A stretch of DNA of 55,738 bases from a virus (IMGVR_UViG_3300037243_000147:1-55738), one strand, 5' to 3'; shown: positions 1 to 8,886, numbered from the stretch's first letter. Program-made: numbers and translations. Notes: generated by a model from the sequence alone, not told the origin.

Positions 1-131
1 CCCGACCGCGACCCCGACCCCGACCACGACCCCGACCACGACCACGACCGCGACCGCGACCGCGACCGCGACCACGACCCCGACCACGACCCCGACCGCT
101 CAAAAGCAATTCTTAGTAGGGCAGCATTCAT
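1..131 (-). CDS. Ser-dipeptide repeat (RS/GS/WS) small protein, runs off the window edge
   Basis: ATG at 131-129 overlaps the upstream stop (TGATG). It reads MNAALLRIAFERSGSWSGSWSRSRSRSRSWSWSGSWSGSGSRSG..., encoded by (N)GGTCG hexamers. Not in the ORF track. Confidence 0.75.
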   Translation of the reverse strand, partial: MNAALLRIAFERSGSWSGSWSRSRSRSRSWSWSGSWSGSGSRS

Positions 132-502
132 CATTTCTGGCTCCGAGGCAGATTTCCAATTTGGACTGCATCAATAATCGACCCGCGGCCAATAATCAAT
201 TTGCCTTCAGGAAATGGCTCTACCTCCGAAAACGAACACGATGTAAGTGCCCCCGCAAATCGCCCAGTGTCGGCAATCCAGGCTGCTGACTCAAGCACAA
301 GCTCATCGGGATATACCGCGACCAGTTTCCCGGTGTCGATCATAGTGACAGTGCGAATCAGATAGTTCTTGCCGATCTCCCACGGGCCAACAACAGCCTC
401 GGCAGGGACAGCGGCGAGTGTAGATGTGGATGTACCAAACATTGAGGCCAACTGTCTTGCCTCACGGATTGTCAGATCGTCGATAGTCGTAGTTACAGGC
501 AT
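131..502 (-). CDS. conserved phage hypothetical protein (small beta-rich domain, DUF6948-like)
   Basis: WEIGKNYLIRTVTMIDTGKLV...LVLESAAWIADTGRF...EVEPFP motif resembles a recurrent phage family. Purine-rich SD (GAGGGGGAG) upstream. Confidence 0.6.
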   Translation of the reverse strand: MPVTTTIDDLTIREARQLASMFGTSTSTLAAVPAEAVVGPWEIGKNYLIRTVTMIDTGKLVAVYPDELVLESAAWIADTGRFAGALTSCSFSEVEPFPEGKLIIGRGSIIDAVQIGNLPRSQK

Positions 503-550
503 TGCGATTATTCTCCCCCTCTAATCCCTCTAGTTACAGTTACAGCTATA

Positions 551-579
551 CTTCTATACCGGTTGGATGCCGTTGTCAA
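551..579 (-). promoter_or_regulatory. sigma70-like leftward promoter
   Basis: Minus strand TTGACA-17 bp-TAGAAG upstream of 131..502. Confidence 0.55.
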
Positions 580-639
580 CCCATTATCAACTATTCATTC
601 ACAAATATATTTCCTGCCCCCACTATTGACATCCCCGCC
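566..639. repeat. direct repeat copy 1 (promoter cassette)
   Basis: 566-620 is identical to 2215-2269 (55 bp), with similarity continuing about 19 bp further. Contains a leftward TTGACA and a rightward TTGACA. Confidence 0.95.
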
Positions 640-700
640 TTGCCCTCACTTTTACTATAGCTATTGCTATTGCCATTGCTCTTTACTGACTTTACTGTAG

Positions 701-1216
701 TCATTGAACAGCCCTTCCCTTATTTTTTATCCCTTCCACTTCCTTCATGATTCTGCGATACCCTTCTGCAAAGACCTCAATAATTTCGGGCAGAATATTC
801 AACTGATGCCGAGTAAGGGCGGTCACTTCCGCATCGGTCAAATCCTGCTCGCCTCCCGAATGCACCCAAAGCGGAACAGAACGCTTCTCGTACATAGCCT
901 CGTACCACGTCCTGTAATCACCCTCACCCTCCCCTTCTCCCCACGGAGGGATAGTGATTTTGTGCGGGTCGATGGTTTTACGACGCTCAATTCCCTCTCG
1001 GACAGCCTTGAACATTCCTGTCTGGACAGGGGTAAACTCAGATGTATCGTCTAGGTTCCGAGCTAGAACCATATACGGCAACGGACACTGTTTCCAATCA
1101 GGGTATGGGCAGTCGTGAACGCAGAGAATGGAGTCGTGGATATACCACAGCAACGCATCTAGTTCGTTATCTTTTGCCAGAATTGAATCCAATTTGTAAA
1201 TTTCCATTTTAGCCAT
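701..1216 (-). CDS. hypothetical protein
   Basis: ORF track 701..1273. Start re-chosen at MAKMEIYK, directly after the stop of the upstream gene. Confidence 0.65.
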   Translation of the reverse strand: MAKMEIYKLDSILAKDNELDALLWYIHDSILCVHDCPYPDWKQCPLPYMVLARNLDDTSEFTPVQTGMFKAVREGIERRKTIDPHKITIPPWGEGEGEGDYRTWYEAMYEKRSVPLWVHSGGEQDLTDAEVTALTRHQLNILPEIIEVFAEGYRRIMKEVEGIKNKGRAVQ

Positions 1217-1217
1217 T

Positions 1218-1400
1218 TTATTTCTCATTGCAGTCCGATGCACAGGTCCGTTGAGGGTTGGATTCGTACTCATGCATGTGACGTAGAATAATTATTTTAG
1301 CGCCGTCAACGTCAAGCACTGGGCCATCACCCTCCTGCTCTTCAATTGCACATCCCCGTAAATCCTCTGCCAGCTTTTCAGCAAACTCCTCAACTGTCAT
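1218..1400 (-). CDS. hypothetical protein
   Basis: MTVEEFAEKL start has an AAGGGG SD and lies downstream of the promoter at 1436-1464. Confidence 0.55.
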   Translation of the reverse strand: MTVEEFAEKLAEDLRGCAIEEQEGDGPVLDVDGAKIIILRHMHEYESNPQRTCASDCNEK

Positions 1401-1435
1401 CGCTGTAATCCCCTTCACTCTCTTACGCTCATATC

Positions 1436-1464
1436 CTTCTATTCCCATTCCAATCCGTTGTCAA
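1436..1464 (-). promoter_or_regulatory. sigma70-like leftward promoter
   Basis: Minus strand TTGACA-17 bp-TAGAAG, same architecture as 551-579. Confidence 0.5.
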
Positions 1465-1477
1465 TCCATTACCCAAC

Positions 1478-2176
1478 TTAATTTATTTCTTCTCTTGCCA
1501 TCCTCTTGACATGCATCTGCATCCCGATCAGCCCTCGTTTCAAATTCCCATCATCAAACCTTCTCCCATCCACCCCCGCCGCCACCAGCGACTTGATAAA
1601 CCTTGCCAGCACACATTTCCCGTCAATCCCCCAGCTACGTCCCGTATCCTCCATCAACTTAATCGCACGAGTTGTAGACACAAATCCCCTACCCTCTTTA
1701 CTTGGCTCCCAATCCTCACTCCTGCCCACGCTCATATGCTCGGTATATTCACGCCCCTGTTCATCGGTAAACTCCACCGCCAGCGTAGGTATAGGATCAG
1801 CCAGTCCAATATAGTCGAACATAGTCGCGGCAACATCAGTGATCTCGACATCCATATCATCCAGATAACCCACACGGAAATTCTCGGGCGACATGGATAC
1901 AGGAATAGCCTTAGAAGGAGCCGAGGAGTTATTGACATTCTTGGCAAACGGCTCACCCTCTCCCGGCAACGCAATAATCCTGGTTGCCAATAGAAATGTC
2001 CGGGGCCTCTCCACCATCATTTTCCTCTCAAGATTTTCGGCCTTGTGTCGAGTACGCGACGAGTCTTTAACCATGCTGGCACTCTCCTTCTTAGCCTGAT
2101 TAACTGTAGTTATCAACTTCCACCCGCCATACATCAGCAGAATCAATACTGCACCCGTTACAAACATGAATATCAT
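1478..2176 (-). CDS. hypothetical protein with N-terminal transmembrane anchor
   Basis: 232 aa ORF, hydrophobic N-terminus, GAGGAGG SD. Confidence 0.7.
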   Translation of the reverse strand: MIFMFVTGAVLILLMYGGWKLITTVNQAKKESASMVKDSSRTRHKAENLERKMMVERPRTFLLATRIIALPGEGEPFAKNVNNSSAPSKAIPVSMSPENFRVGYLDDMDVEITDVAATMFDYIGLADPIPTLAVEFTDEQGREYTEHMSVGRSEDWEPSKEGRGFVSTTRAIKLMEDTGRSWGIDGKCVLARFIKSLVAAGVDGRRFDDGNLKRGLIGMQMHVKRMAREEIN

Positions 2177-2214
2177 TCAATCCTCCTCAACTATCTGTAA
2201 CCTACATTCACTAT

Positions 2215-2288
2215 GATGCCGTTGTCAACCCATTATCAACTATTCATTCACAAATATATTTCCTGCCCCTGCTATTGACGTCCCCGCC
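2215..2288. repeat. direct repeat copy 2 (divergent promoter cassette)
   Basis: Matches 566-639. Leftward TTGACA-18-TAGGTT. Rightward TTGACG-18-TACTAT toward the replication genes. Confidence 0.95.
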
Positions 2289-2462
2289 CGCCTCCCCCTA
2301 CTATCTCTCCTGCACCTCTCCGGTGCTCCTCAAGGGTTAGGGGGTGGATCAGACTTGCTATCTGGTCCGCCTTCGGCACCTCTTCCCCTCTGGACACCTC
2401 CTGACAAGGCACTCAACCCTTGCCGCCATTTAACCGATCTTGCTGTCTGAGGACATCTACTA

Positions 2463-3089
2463 ATGCCCCGAAAGCACCGTGACTCAACGGTTTCCACGCC
2501 TATTGATACTCTATCCGTATCCATCCCCGTCAACTGTGACCCCTCCGACACGGAGTTTCTTGTCGAATCCCTCTACCCTGTGCACAAAGTCCACATGTTT
2601 ATAGGCAGAACCAGTCCATGCAAAGATGAAATTGCCACTTTCGTCCTAGATCAGTTCATCAACCCCTGGTGTCAGGGACTGCCCGTATTTGGGCACAAAT
2701 CCCACCCGATGCCGTTCTGCTACGTGGACTGCTGCGATTCGCTTCTCAGACTCGCGCTCATCCTATTCAACCTCAGGCATCCCGCGCTTGAGGATTTCCC
2801 CGGCATCTCGCTGATCGACAACCCTCCCCCCTTCCCTGACACCGATCTCTTTGACCACTGCCTCTACATTGCCCGCCAGTGCGTTCCTGACCTCAAGGTG
2901 CTATTCCTTGATGGCTATGCTCACATCCTCCCCGGCGACCCTCACGATGACGCTGATACCGAAAGATTTAACGCCCGAGTGGATAAAGCGGCTCGGGAAG
3001 AAAATATTACGGTGATAGGCATAGATGAGTTCGACAATCTGGACGAAATGAAGGCCGGTATGGAAGCACGGAGAAGGAAATTCCAATGA
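2463..3089 (+). CDS. degenerate AAA_25/RecA-like ATPase paralogue
   Basis: Aligns by eye with the next gene (VHMFIGRTSPCKD vs VHLWSGESGVGKT; PMPFCYV vs PLPFCYI; VLFLDG vs VIFLDS), but Walker A is corrupted. Confidence 0.7.
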   Translation: MPRKHRDSTVSTPIDTLSVSIPVNCDPSDTEFLVESLYPVHKVHMFIGRTSPCKDEIATFVLDQFINPWCQGLPVFGHKSHPMPFCYVDCCDSLLRLALILFNLRHPALEDFPGISLIDNPPPFPDTDLFDHCLYIARQCVPDLKVLFLDGYAHILPGDPHDDADTERFNARVDKAAREENITVIGIDEFDNLDEMKAGMEARRRKFQ

Positions 3090-4042
3090 CATCGAAACGC
3101 CACAATTCCGACACATCGGGTACTACCCGCAAAACCTATGGCCAGATCTCTCCCGCCCCCGACTTTATCGCCAAGCCTATTTTTTCCTCGAATGAGGTGC
3201 ATCTCTGGAGCGGTGAATCTGGAGTAGGTAAAACCAGTCTGCTGCTACAAACCATCTCCTCTTGGAGCCGTGAAGACCCTATATTCGGCTGCCAGTCCTT
3301 CCCCCTACCTTTCTGCTACATCTCCAGCGAACGCTCCCGTAGAGTCGTCCTGAGAGCCTTGAAGCGCCTCAGCATCGACCCTGAGGATAACTTTCCCGTC
3401 TTCTCGTCCTTCGACAAGCACCTGAAAACTCTGGAGTCAGCAGTGGATATGGCACTGGAGATATTTCCCGATACCCGCGTGATCTTCCTCGACAGTCTCA
3501 CCAAATTTATCGAAGGTGACCCGAACCGCCCCGCCACAGTCAGCAAAATCTTCGACCAGGCATCCACTCTAGGAGAGAAATATGGCTTGACATTCATTGC
3601 CACTACCTGTGCTGCCAAAGCCAAAGTAGGAGAACACTACCTCAATCTACGGCAGCGTGTAAGCGGCTCTGCGATGTTCGGATCGTCTGCCGTCACCATC
3701 ATCATAATTGAGTTCGGCAACCCTCACGACCCTCACGACCCCCGCCGCATCGTACACATTCTGGACGTAGACGGTGGCGTTCGCACTCTGCATTACACCG
3801 TCAACGTCAAAACCGGCGCATTCACTATTGCCCCCGAGGACATCGAGAACAACTCGGACTTTGAGAAGATAGTGTTTGCAAGGGGTGAAGGTGGTATACT
3901 TCCCCCTAGCGACTTGGATGGCATCTGTAAGACCGTGGGAGTATGCCTACGGACGGGACAACGTTACATGAAAGAACTGGTTGAGGACGGGCGAGTACGC
4001 AGGGAATTAACGGGCATATACACGATCTCTAAGCCCCAGTAG
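3086..4042 (+). CDS. AAA_25/RepA-like (SF4-type) replicative helicase with C-terminal winged HTH
   Basis: Walker A GESGVGKT, catalytic Glu (YISSE), Walker B VIFLDS, VSGSAMF motif, C-terminal HTH-like segment (VCLRTGQRYMKELVEDGRV). Confidence 0.8.
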   Translation: MTSKRHNSDTSGTTRKTYGQISPAPDFIAKPIFSSNEVHLWSGESGVGKTSLLLQTISSWSREDPIFGCQSFPLPFCYISSERSRRVVLRALKRLSIDPEDNFPVFSSFDKHLKTLESAVDMALEIFPDTRVIFLDSLTKFIEGDPNRPATVSKIFDQASTLGEKYGLTFIATTCAAKAKVGEHYLNLRQRVSGSAMFGSSAVTIIIIEFGNPHDPHDPRRIVHILDVDGGVRTLHYTVNVKTGAFTIAPEDIENNSDFEKIVFARGEGGILPPSDLDGICKTVGVCLRTGQRYMKELVEDGRVRRELTGIYTISKPQ

Positions 4043-4110
4043 TACCCCTTAACAGGGCGGCAATATAACGGCACGCGAACCGTGTATTAGATTTAAGTCA
4101 AGAGAGTATA

Positions 4111-4315
4111 TACGTGTCGCGTGTCGCATCAACAAACCATCTCCCTAATAAATCAATAAGTTAACACGCGACACGGGCAATGTCGCGTCGATGTCGCGTG
4201 TCGCGTCAATTTATGTGACACGACACTCAAACGACACCCATGCGACATGGGTGATGTCGCGTCATAAATAGCCTATTTTGATGAAGTTAACCCTAAAAAC
4301 AGCCTGATGCGACAC
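4111..4315. other. putative replication origin (iteron array)
   Basis: About 12 copies of TGTCG(C)/(G)CGACA in both orientations, plus an IHF-consensus match AATCAATAAGTTA (4151-4163), in non-coding DNA just after the helicase. Confidence 0.65.
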
Positions 4316-4410
4316 GTTTTTACCCTGCTCTAATGTGGGTCAAAATCACTCCCAACCACATGATTCTAATCAAGTTACATTGGATTCAAGTAAATATTAC
4401 ACAGAAAAGA

Positions 4411-4441
4411 AAAGGCCCAATTTTTGACGATTTGGGCCTTT
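4411..4441. terminator. bidirectional terminator-like hairpin
   Basis: AAAGGCCCAA...TTGGGCCTTT between convergent transcription units, flanked by a direct repeat ATGATTCTAATCAAGTTA (4360-4377, 4456-4473). Confidence 0.55.
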
Positions 4442-4473
4442 ATTTGCGTATGTCAATGATTCTAATCAAGTTA

Positions 4474-4767
4474 TCATATACAATTCCCCGATATTTTTGC
4501 TATCGCCGCCTCCTCCCCATCTCCGTCCACTGCCCCTGCCTCCAGCCCCGCTAACATCCTTTCCGCAGCACCCTTACATATCCCATGACTGCTGATCCTG
4601 GCATCCCCCTCGACCTGTATCGTGACCGCCCCACACGCCACGCATTGGTACTGGTTAGCTATACCCGTAGCGTTAGCCTTGGCTAGACCTTTACCCTCAC
4701 ACTCAGGGCTATTGCAGGTGGCGTACAGGAAATGTTCAGACTCACAATAATTGCAGTAGTACAGCAT
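4474..4767 (-). CDS. Cys-rich zinc-binding hypothetical protein
   Basis: CNYC, CNSPEC, CVAC and SHGIC motifs. Confidence 0.7.
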   Translation of the reverse strand: MLYYCNYCESEHFLYATCNSPECEGKGLAKANATGIANQYQCVACGAVTIQVEGDARISSHGICKGAAERMLAGLEAGAVDGDGEEAAIAKISGNCI

Positions 4768-4780
4768 TGGCTCGAATCCC

Positions 4781-4822
4781 CCTCTATCCTCTATCCTCTA
4801 TCCTCTATCCTCTATCCTCTAT
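4781..4822. repeat. heptamer tandem repeat (CCTCTAT)x6
   Basis: Read directly. Abuts the RBS of 4474..4767. Confidence 0.95.
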
Positions 4823-4885
4823 CTTTCAGCTCTGAATTTGCAGCTACTAACAATCGCACAAATCCCGCAACTTAGCTACAGTTAG

Positions 4886-5254
4886 CTACAGCTTGACTCC
4901 CAATTTCTTCGCCCTCGCTATAGCGCCCTCTTGAGCTTCCCGTCTGGCTTTACCCCAATCACTCTCAGCCTCTACCTCCATCTGTGTAGCTGAGAACTCT
5001 ACCTCCATCCCGACCTCACACGCCCCTAACAGTAGAGCGGCCTCTATGTCTTCCCAGATAGCCTTGCTGGTTCCGATAGTGCCAATCCTCTGCCATTTGG
5101 TTTGACCATCGCCGCCATCGGGTACGCGCTGTAATATCTCGACTCTGCATCTACCCTTGCCTATACCCTCGGGTGTGTAGGTGACCTCTACCCGCAATAG
5201 TGATTTGATACCAGCCTGACTACCCCCACCTCCATCTCTACTGGTCATCCTCAC
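4886..5254 (-). CDS. hypothetical protein
   Basis: ORF track. Tightly packed in the leftward operon. Confidence 0.65.
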   Translation of the reverse strand: MRMTSRDGGGGSQAGIKSLLRVEVTYTPEGIGKGRCRVEILQRVPDGGDGQTKWQRIGTIGTSKAIWEDIEAALLLGACEVGMEVEFSATQMEVEAESDWGKARREAQEGAIARAKKLGVKL

Positions 5255-5720
5255 GCCCTTCGACAGCAGCCTTTAGCTTACCGTAAGTTCCAACACATCG
5301 ATCCGCAACGTATTCTTTCGCCGCCTGTACTATGCCTGTCTCTGACACACTCGGCTTATTATTCAATCTCTTACTCTCCTCACTGATCTTGTGGCACGCC
5401 TTCAACATCCCCATATGCACCCCCGCCGCCAGTGCCGTCACCCTATCGTCGGAGATATAGTTGGCAATCTCACACACCTTTGCCGTTAAATCACACTTTC
5501 TGAATTCCCATTCGACACTGATCTGTTTAGGCTCGCATGTGTCCCGTTTGAACGCTAATTGATTGGCGAGCCCGTATATAAATCCGCCCTGCAACCCCGC
5601 TGACTTACATACCCAGTCATAATGTCTTGGGCATAACTCGTTCATGAGCATGTCAATCTCAGCGGGCGTGAGCGACACTAGGGCCTTGACCTCATACACA
5701 TACCCTGCGAATAACATCAA
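5238..5720 (-). CDS. hypothetical protein
   Basis: ORF track. Operon packing. Confidence 0.7.
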   Translation of the reverse strand: MMLFAGYVYEVKALVSLTPAEIDMLMNELCPRHYDWVCKSAGLQGGFIYGLANQLAFKRDTCEPKQISVEWEFRKCDLTAKVCEIANYISDDRVTALAAGVHMGMLKACHKISEESKRLNNKPSVSETGIVQAAKEYVADRCVGTYGKLKAAVEGREDDQ

Positions 5721-5879
5721 CTATTCCCCTCTCTTCTCTCGCGTCTCAATGTATTCGGCTAAAACTGCCTGAGCGTTGACCTCGTTCCCCTCATAGCTCC
5801 ATTCCCCGTCCCGCCACTGCTCATAACCGTTATCCAGCAGCCATTGCTTTGCACGCTCCTGATAGATGTGATCACTCAC
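5721..5879 (-). CDS. small hypothetical protein (52 aa)
   Basis: Hand-translated GTG start, MSDHIYQERAKQWLLDNGYEQWRDGEWSYEGNEVNAQAVLAEYIETREKRGE. Exactly fills the gap and has an SD. Confidence 0.65.
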   Translation of the reverse strand: MSDHIYQERAKQWLLDNGYEQWRDGEWSYEGNEVNAQAVLAEYIETREKRGE

Positions 5880-5880
5880 G

Positions 5881-6186
5881 CTATTTCCCCTCTCCACTCA
5901 CTATTGCCCTGCGTTTAGTCGCGCACTGGTCCAGATATGCCATCGCCATCATCCAATCGATAGCCTTGGCCCGCTCGCCGCCGAAGTCATATCCTGGCCG
6001 CGCATAGACAGTCTTAATCTCCGGATACCCGCCGCCCTTACCCTTACTCAATAGTCCTGACTTGACGGCCTGACGCAGACTATTTTTATCCTCAGCGGTT
6101 AGTTGTCCAATATCGGCTACCGTCTCAAGCAGCGCCCGCTTGACTATAGATGGTAGTTGGCCGCGTTTATTCTTGCTCATCGTCAT
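5881..6186 (-). CDS. hypothetical protein (possible winged helix)
   Basis: ORF track. Operon packing. Confidence 0.65.
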   Translation of the reverse strand: MTMSKNKRGQLPSIVKRALLETVADIGQLTAEDKNSLRQAVKSGLLSKGKGGGYPEIKTVYARPGYDFGGERAKAIDWMMAMAYLDQCATKRRAIVSGEGK

Positions 6187-6967
6187 CCCCCATCATCAGC
6201 CCCGCCATTTCAGCCTCTAACCCCTCAATAATACTCAGCAGACTACTCCTCTCATTCACTACCGCTACATACTCCATTCGCCTATCCGCGTGATCCTTCA
6301 TAGCTCTAGCCACTGTAACGGCCTCCGCTTCGATCTGTTGATGACTTGAGTACCCCTCTGCCCGATGGCTGTACATGCAGGCGTCACCCTTGTTCTTTAA
6401 CAGCCCGAATTGGCTCATATCCCTCAAATATTCCTCAGGACTCTTCGGCCCACGCTTATGGCTATGAACCTTAGTGTATGTATATGACGGGCGTATGCAA
6501 TACTCAGCTAGTTCGGCATAAAACTTTACCCACGGGAATACCGTCATCCGGCCATAACTCCCCATCTTGTGCCGGGTGCTCATTCGCACGCTGATTAGCG
6601 CGGTATATTTAGCGGCTAACTGTGAGATGAGTTTGCGATGGGCCTTCTGGATGTAATAGTCATAAGCCTGATCCCGCACACGACCGTTGTGTTCCTGACG
6701 GCCCCCATCGAACTCCGACCTATCCGCATCCCCCCAATACTCAGGCCAGCCAATCAACGGATTAACCGGACGGCCCATATCCAGTTTAGTAATCTTCCGC
6801 CGGAGCTTGTCAATCTCATTGTCGATCCGTTTACATTTGGCCTCGACTCTAGCCTCTCGTTTACTACTCAATAATTCATCACTATTCATTAGTGATTCAG
6901 CTAACAATCTATCAGCCCTCCCCTTGGCCTTGACCCGACTGGCTATCGGCAATACCTGAGCGCTCAT
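6167..6967 (-). CDS. hypothetical protein
   Basis: 266 aa ORF with GGAGGT SD. Confidence 0.75.
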   Translation of the reverse strand: MSAQVLPIASRVKAKGRADRLLAESLMNSDELLSSKREARVEAKCKRIDNEIDKLRRKITKLDMGRPVNPLIGWPEYWGDADRSEFDGGRQEHNGRVRDQAYDYYIQKAHRKLISQLAAKYTALISVRMSTRHKMGSYGRMTVFPWVKFYAELAEYCIRPSYTYTKVHSHKRGPKSPEEYLRDMSQFGLLKNKGDACMYSHRAEGYSSHQQIEAEAVTVARAMKDHADRRMEYVAVVNERSSLLSIIEGLEAEMAGLMMGDDDEQE

Positions 6968-7011
6968 CTATACACCTCCCCTTACACTCTGTCTGCAATC
7001 CGGTCTGCACC

Positions 7012-7278
7012 CTATCCGTGTATCAATTCGGCTATCGTCAACCCAAATAACTTACTCAATATCAATATGGTTGACAATTTCATATCAATATTCCCGGCCT
7101 CAATCCGGTACAAACTCGCTATTGCCAATCCACACTCCCCGCTCATCACCTCGATAGTCCATCCCCTGCCCAGCCTCAACCCCCTGACCCTCCGCCCTAT
7201 CCTGTCGTATACACTCTTAAATCTCTTCCGCTTCCATACGGCTTTCGTGGTAATCATAGTCTTAGTCTTACTGGTCAT
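7012..7278 (-). CDS. XRE/Cro-C1-type helix-turn-helix regulator
   Basis: IGRRVRGLRLGRGWTIEVMSGECGLAIASLYRIEAGNIDMKLSTILILSKLFGLTIAEL is a typical HTH_3 pattern. Start trimmed to MTSKTK. Confidence 0.85.
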   Translation of the reverse strand: MTSKTKTMITTKAVWKRKRFKSVYDRIGRRVRGLRLGRGWTIEVMSGECGLAIASLYRIEAGNIDMKLSTILILSKLFGLTIAELIHG

Positions 7279-7600
7279 AGTGAACACACGGCTACCATGA
7301 ACAAATAGAACAGGACCATGGCCAGCCCTATAAGCCCGTACAATACTACCAACCCTACCAACTCCCCCAACCACTCCATAAACCACGGCTGAGGCTTAGA
7401 CTCCAGCTCTGATTCAGATTCAGATTTAGACATTACACTCCCCCTTAACCCTTCTCTGTTACTGTCCCGTTACTATCATTCTTAGCGTGTCCAGTACAAA
7501 CCACGCCACATATCCACCTACCACCACCATTGCCACCATCACCCCAAACACCTTGAGCTTATCTCTTGCCGATTCCGTCTCCCACCTGTATACAGTCACG

Positions 7601-7822
7601 CTATCCCCCTATCCCCTCTCCCAATCTCCCTCTCCCGGCTTTCAACTTCCTGGCCGTCTGCAAATATATCGCCCGATATCTAGCTTTCCTTTGCCGGCTG
7701 GAATCGGGGTGCTTGACTATACCCTCTCCCCTCTCCGCTCTCCGCACGCTGTCCATGCTGTTTATGGCCTGCTGCACCGCCCATATCAGCTCAATATAGA
7801 GAATCGTTTTCATAGTTAACAA
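7601..7822 (-). CDS. hypothetical protein
   Basis: ORF track. GAGGA SD. Confidence 0.5.
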   Translation of the reverse strand: MLTMKTILYIELIWAVQQAINSMDSVRRAERGEGIVKHPDSSRQRKARYRAIYLQTARKLKAGRGRLGEGIGG

Positions 7823-8023
7823 TCCTCATCCTCATCCCCATCCGACCACCACCACGTCCAAATGTCGCACCCCTGCAGAAACGATAATAGTTTCATCTTG
7901 CCCCTCCAAGTAGCCTGTCCAACACATACCCCACTACCGCCAGCGATGCCACTAACATACCCAGATTCGCCAGCGTGCCCAGTACCGAATCTATATCCCT
8001 CTTCAAACTCGGGCTTATACTCA

Positions 8024-8218
8024 CTATCTGACTGTCCCACACGATATAATCAGCGCCCCGCCCACCATCCGCCCGGTAGGGTCGCCGCCATTACTACAGC
8101 TCACCGCGACCGCGCCATCTGAAATGTAAGTGGATTTAATGTATCTAGTCTTAGCCACCGCGCCCGCCGCTATTGAGAGTACAGCCAGGACAACTAAGAC
8201 TAATCCTGATTTTTTCAT
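8024..8218 (-). CDS. small exported protein (signal peptide)
   Basis: MKK + hydrophobic core + AVA, two Cys, GAGGAG SD. Confidence 0.7.
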   Translation of the reverse strand: MKKSGLVLVVLAVLSIAAGAVAKTRYIKSTYISDGAVAVSCSNGGDPTGRMVGGALIISCGTVR

Positions 8219-8453
8219 TATGATCTCCTCATCTGTTCGCGGCCCTTATATAGCCGCCCGCTATACATCTAGTTATCTCTCTATCTTTCGTTCGGGTCTC
8301 TATCCAGTTCCTCTAATATCTGATTCTGTTGATGGACATATTTAGTCATCTGTAACCTGAGACTGTGAATCTGGTACGCCTGCCCGCCCGCTATAGCCAG
8401 TAGCAGGACCGCCGTTGCATATATCGTTTTCATGCTATATACCCTCTATTCTC

Positions 8454-8693
8454 TCAGTTCTCAATTTCAAAATACTGTGCGACCGTTGCAAGCGGAAATA
8501 GTAACCCGCTTCCCATCGGCTTACCCATCCCGCACAGCTCAACCACACCCGTCTTGAGCTGTGACAAGTTACAAGATGCTGTCCACATCCTAGCCCCAAC
8601 CTTTAACCTGTTCCGCCTGCCTGATCCAGGATTGACATACTCAATCCCCACTCTTACAACTAATACAGTCCCTTGTTTGTAAGTATCAGCCAT
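8454..8693 (-). CDS. hypothetical protein
   Basis: ORF track. AAGGTG SD. Confidence 0.6.
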   Translation of the reverse strand: MADTYKQGTVLVVRVGIEYVNPGSGRRNRLKVGARMWTASCNLSQLKTGVVELCGMGKPMGSGLLFPLATVAQYFEIEN

Positions 8694-8714
8694 GCCGTTT
8701 TCACCTTTTCCTGT

Positions 8715-8885
8715 TTAGATAACGTGATAGACCAGCAGCAGCCCGATAACCCCGCCTGCTATAGCCGCCCATAACACTATCGCCAGCGGTATAGCCCACA
8801 TGAACCCCCGCCGCACACTCTTCTCTCTACTCATATCCTCTTCCAACACTCTTAACACTCTTACATACTCGTTGAAATCGTCCAT
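8715..8885 (-). CDS. small membrane protein
   Basis: Hand-translated MDDFNEYVRVLR...GFMWAIPLAIVLWAAIAGGVIGLLLVYHVI. GGGAG SD. Confidence 0.6.
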   Translation of the reverse strand: MDDFNEYVRVLRVLEEDMSREKSVRRGFMWAIPLAIVLWAAIAGGVIGLLLVYHVI

Positions 8886-8886
8886 G

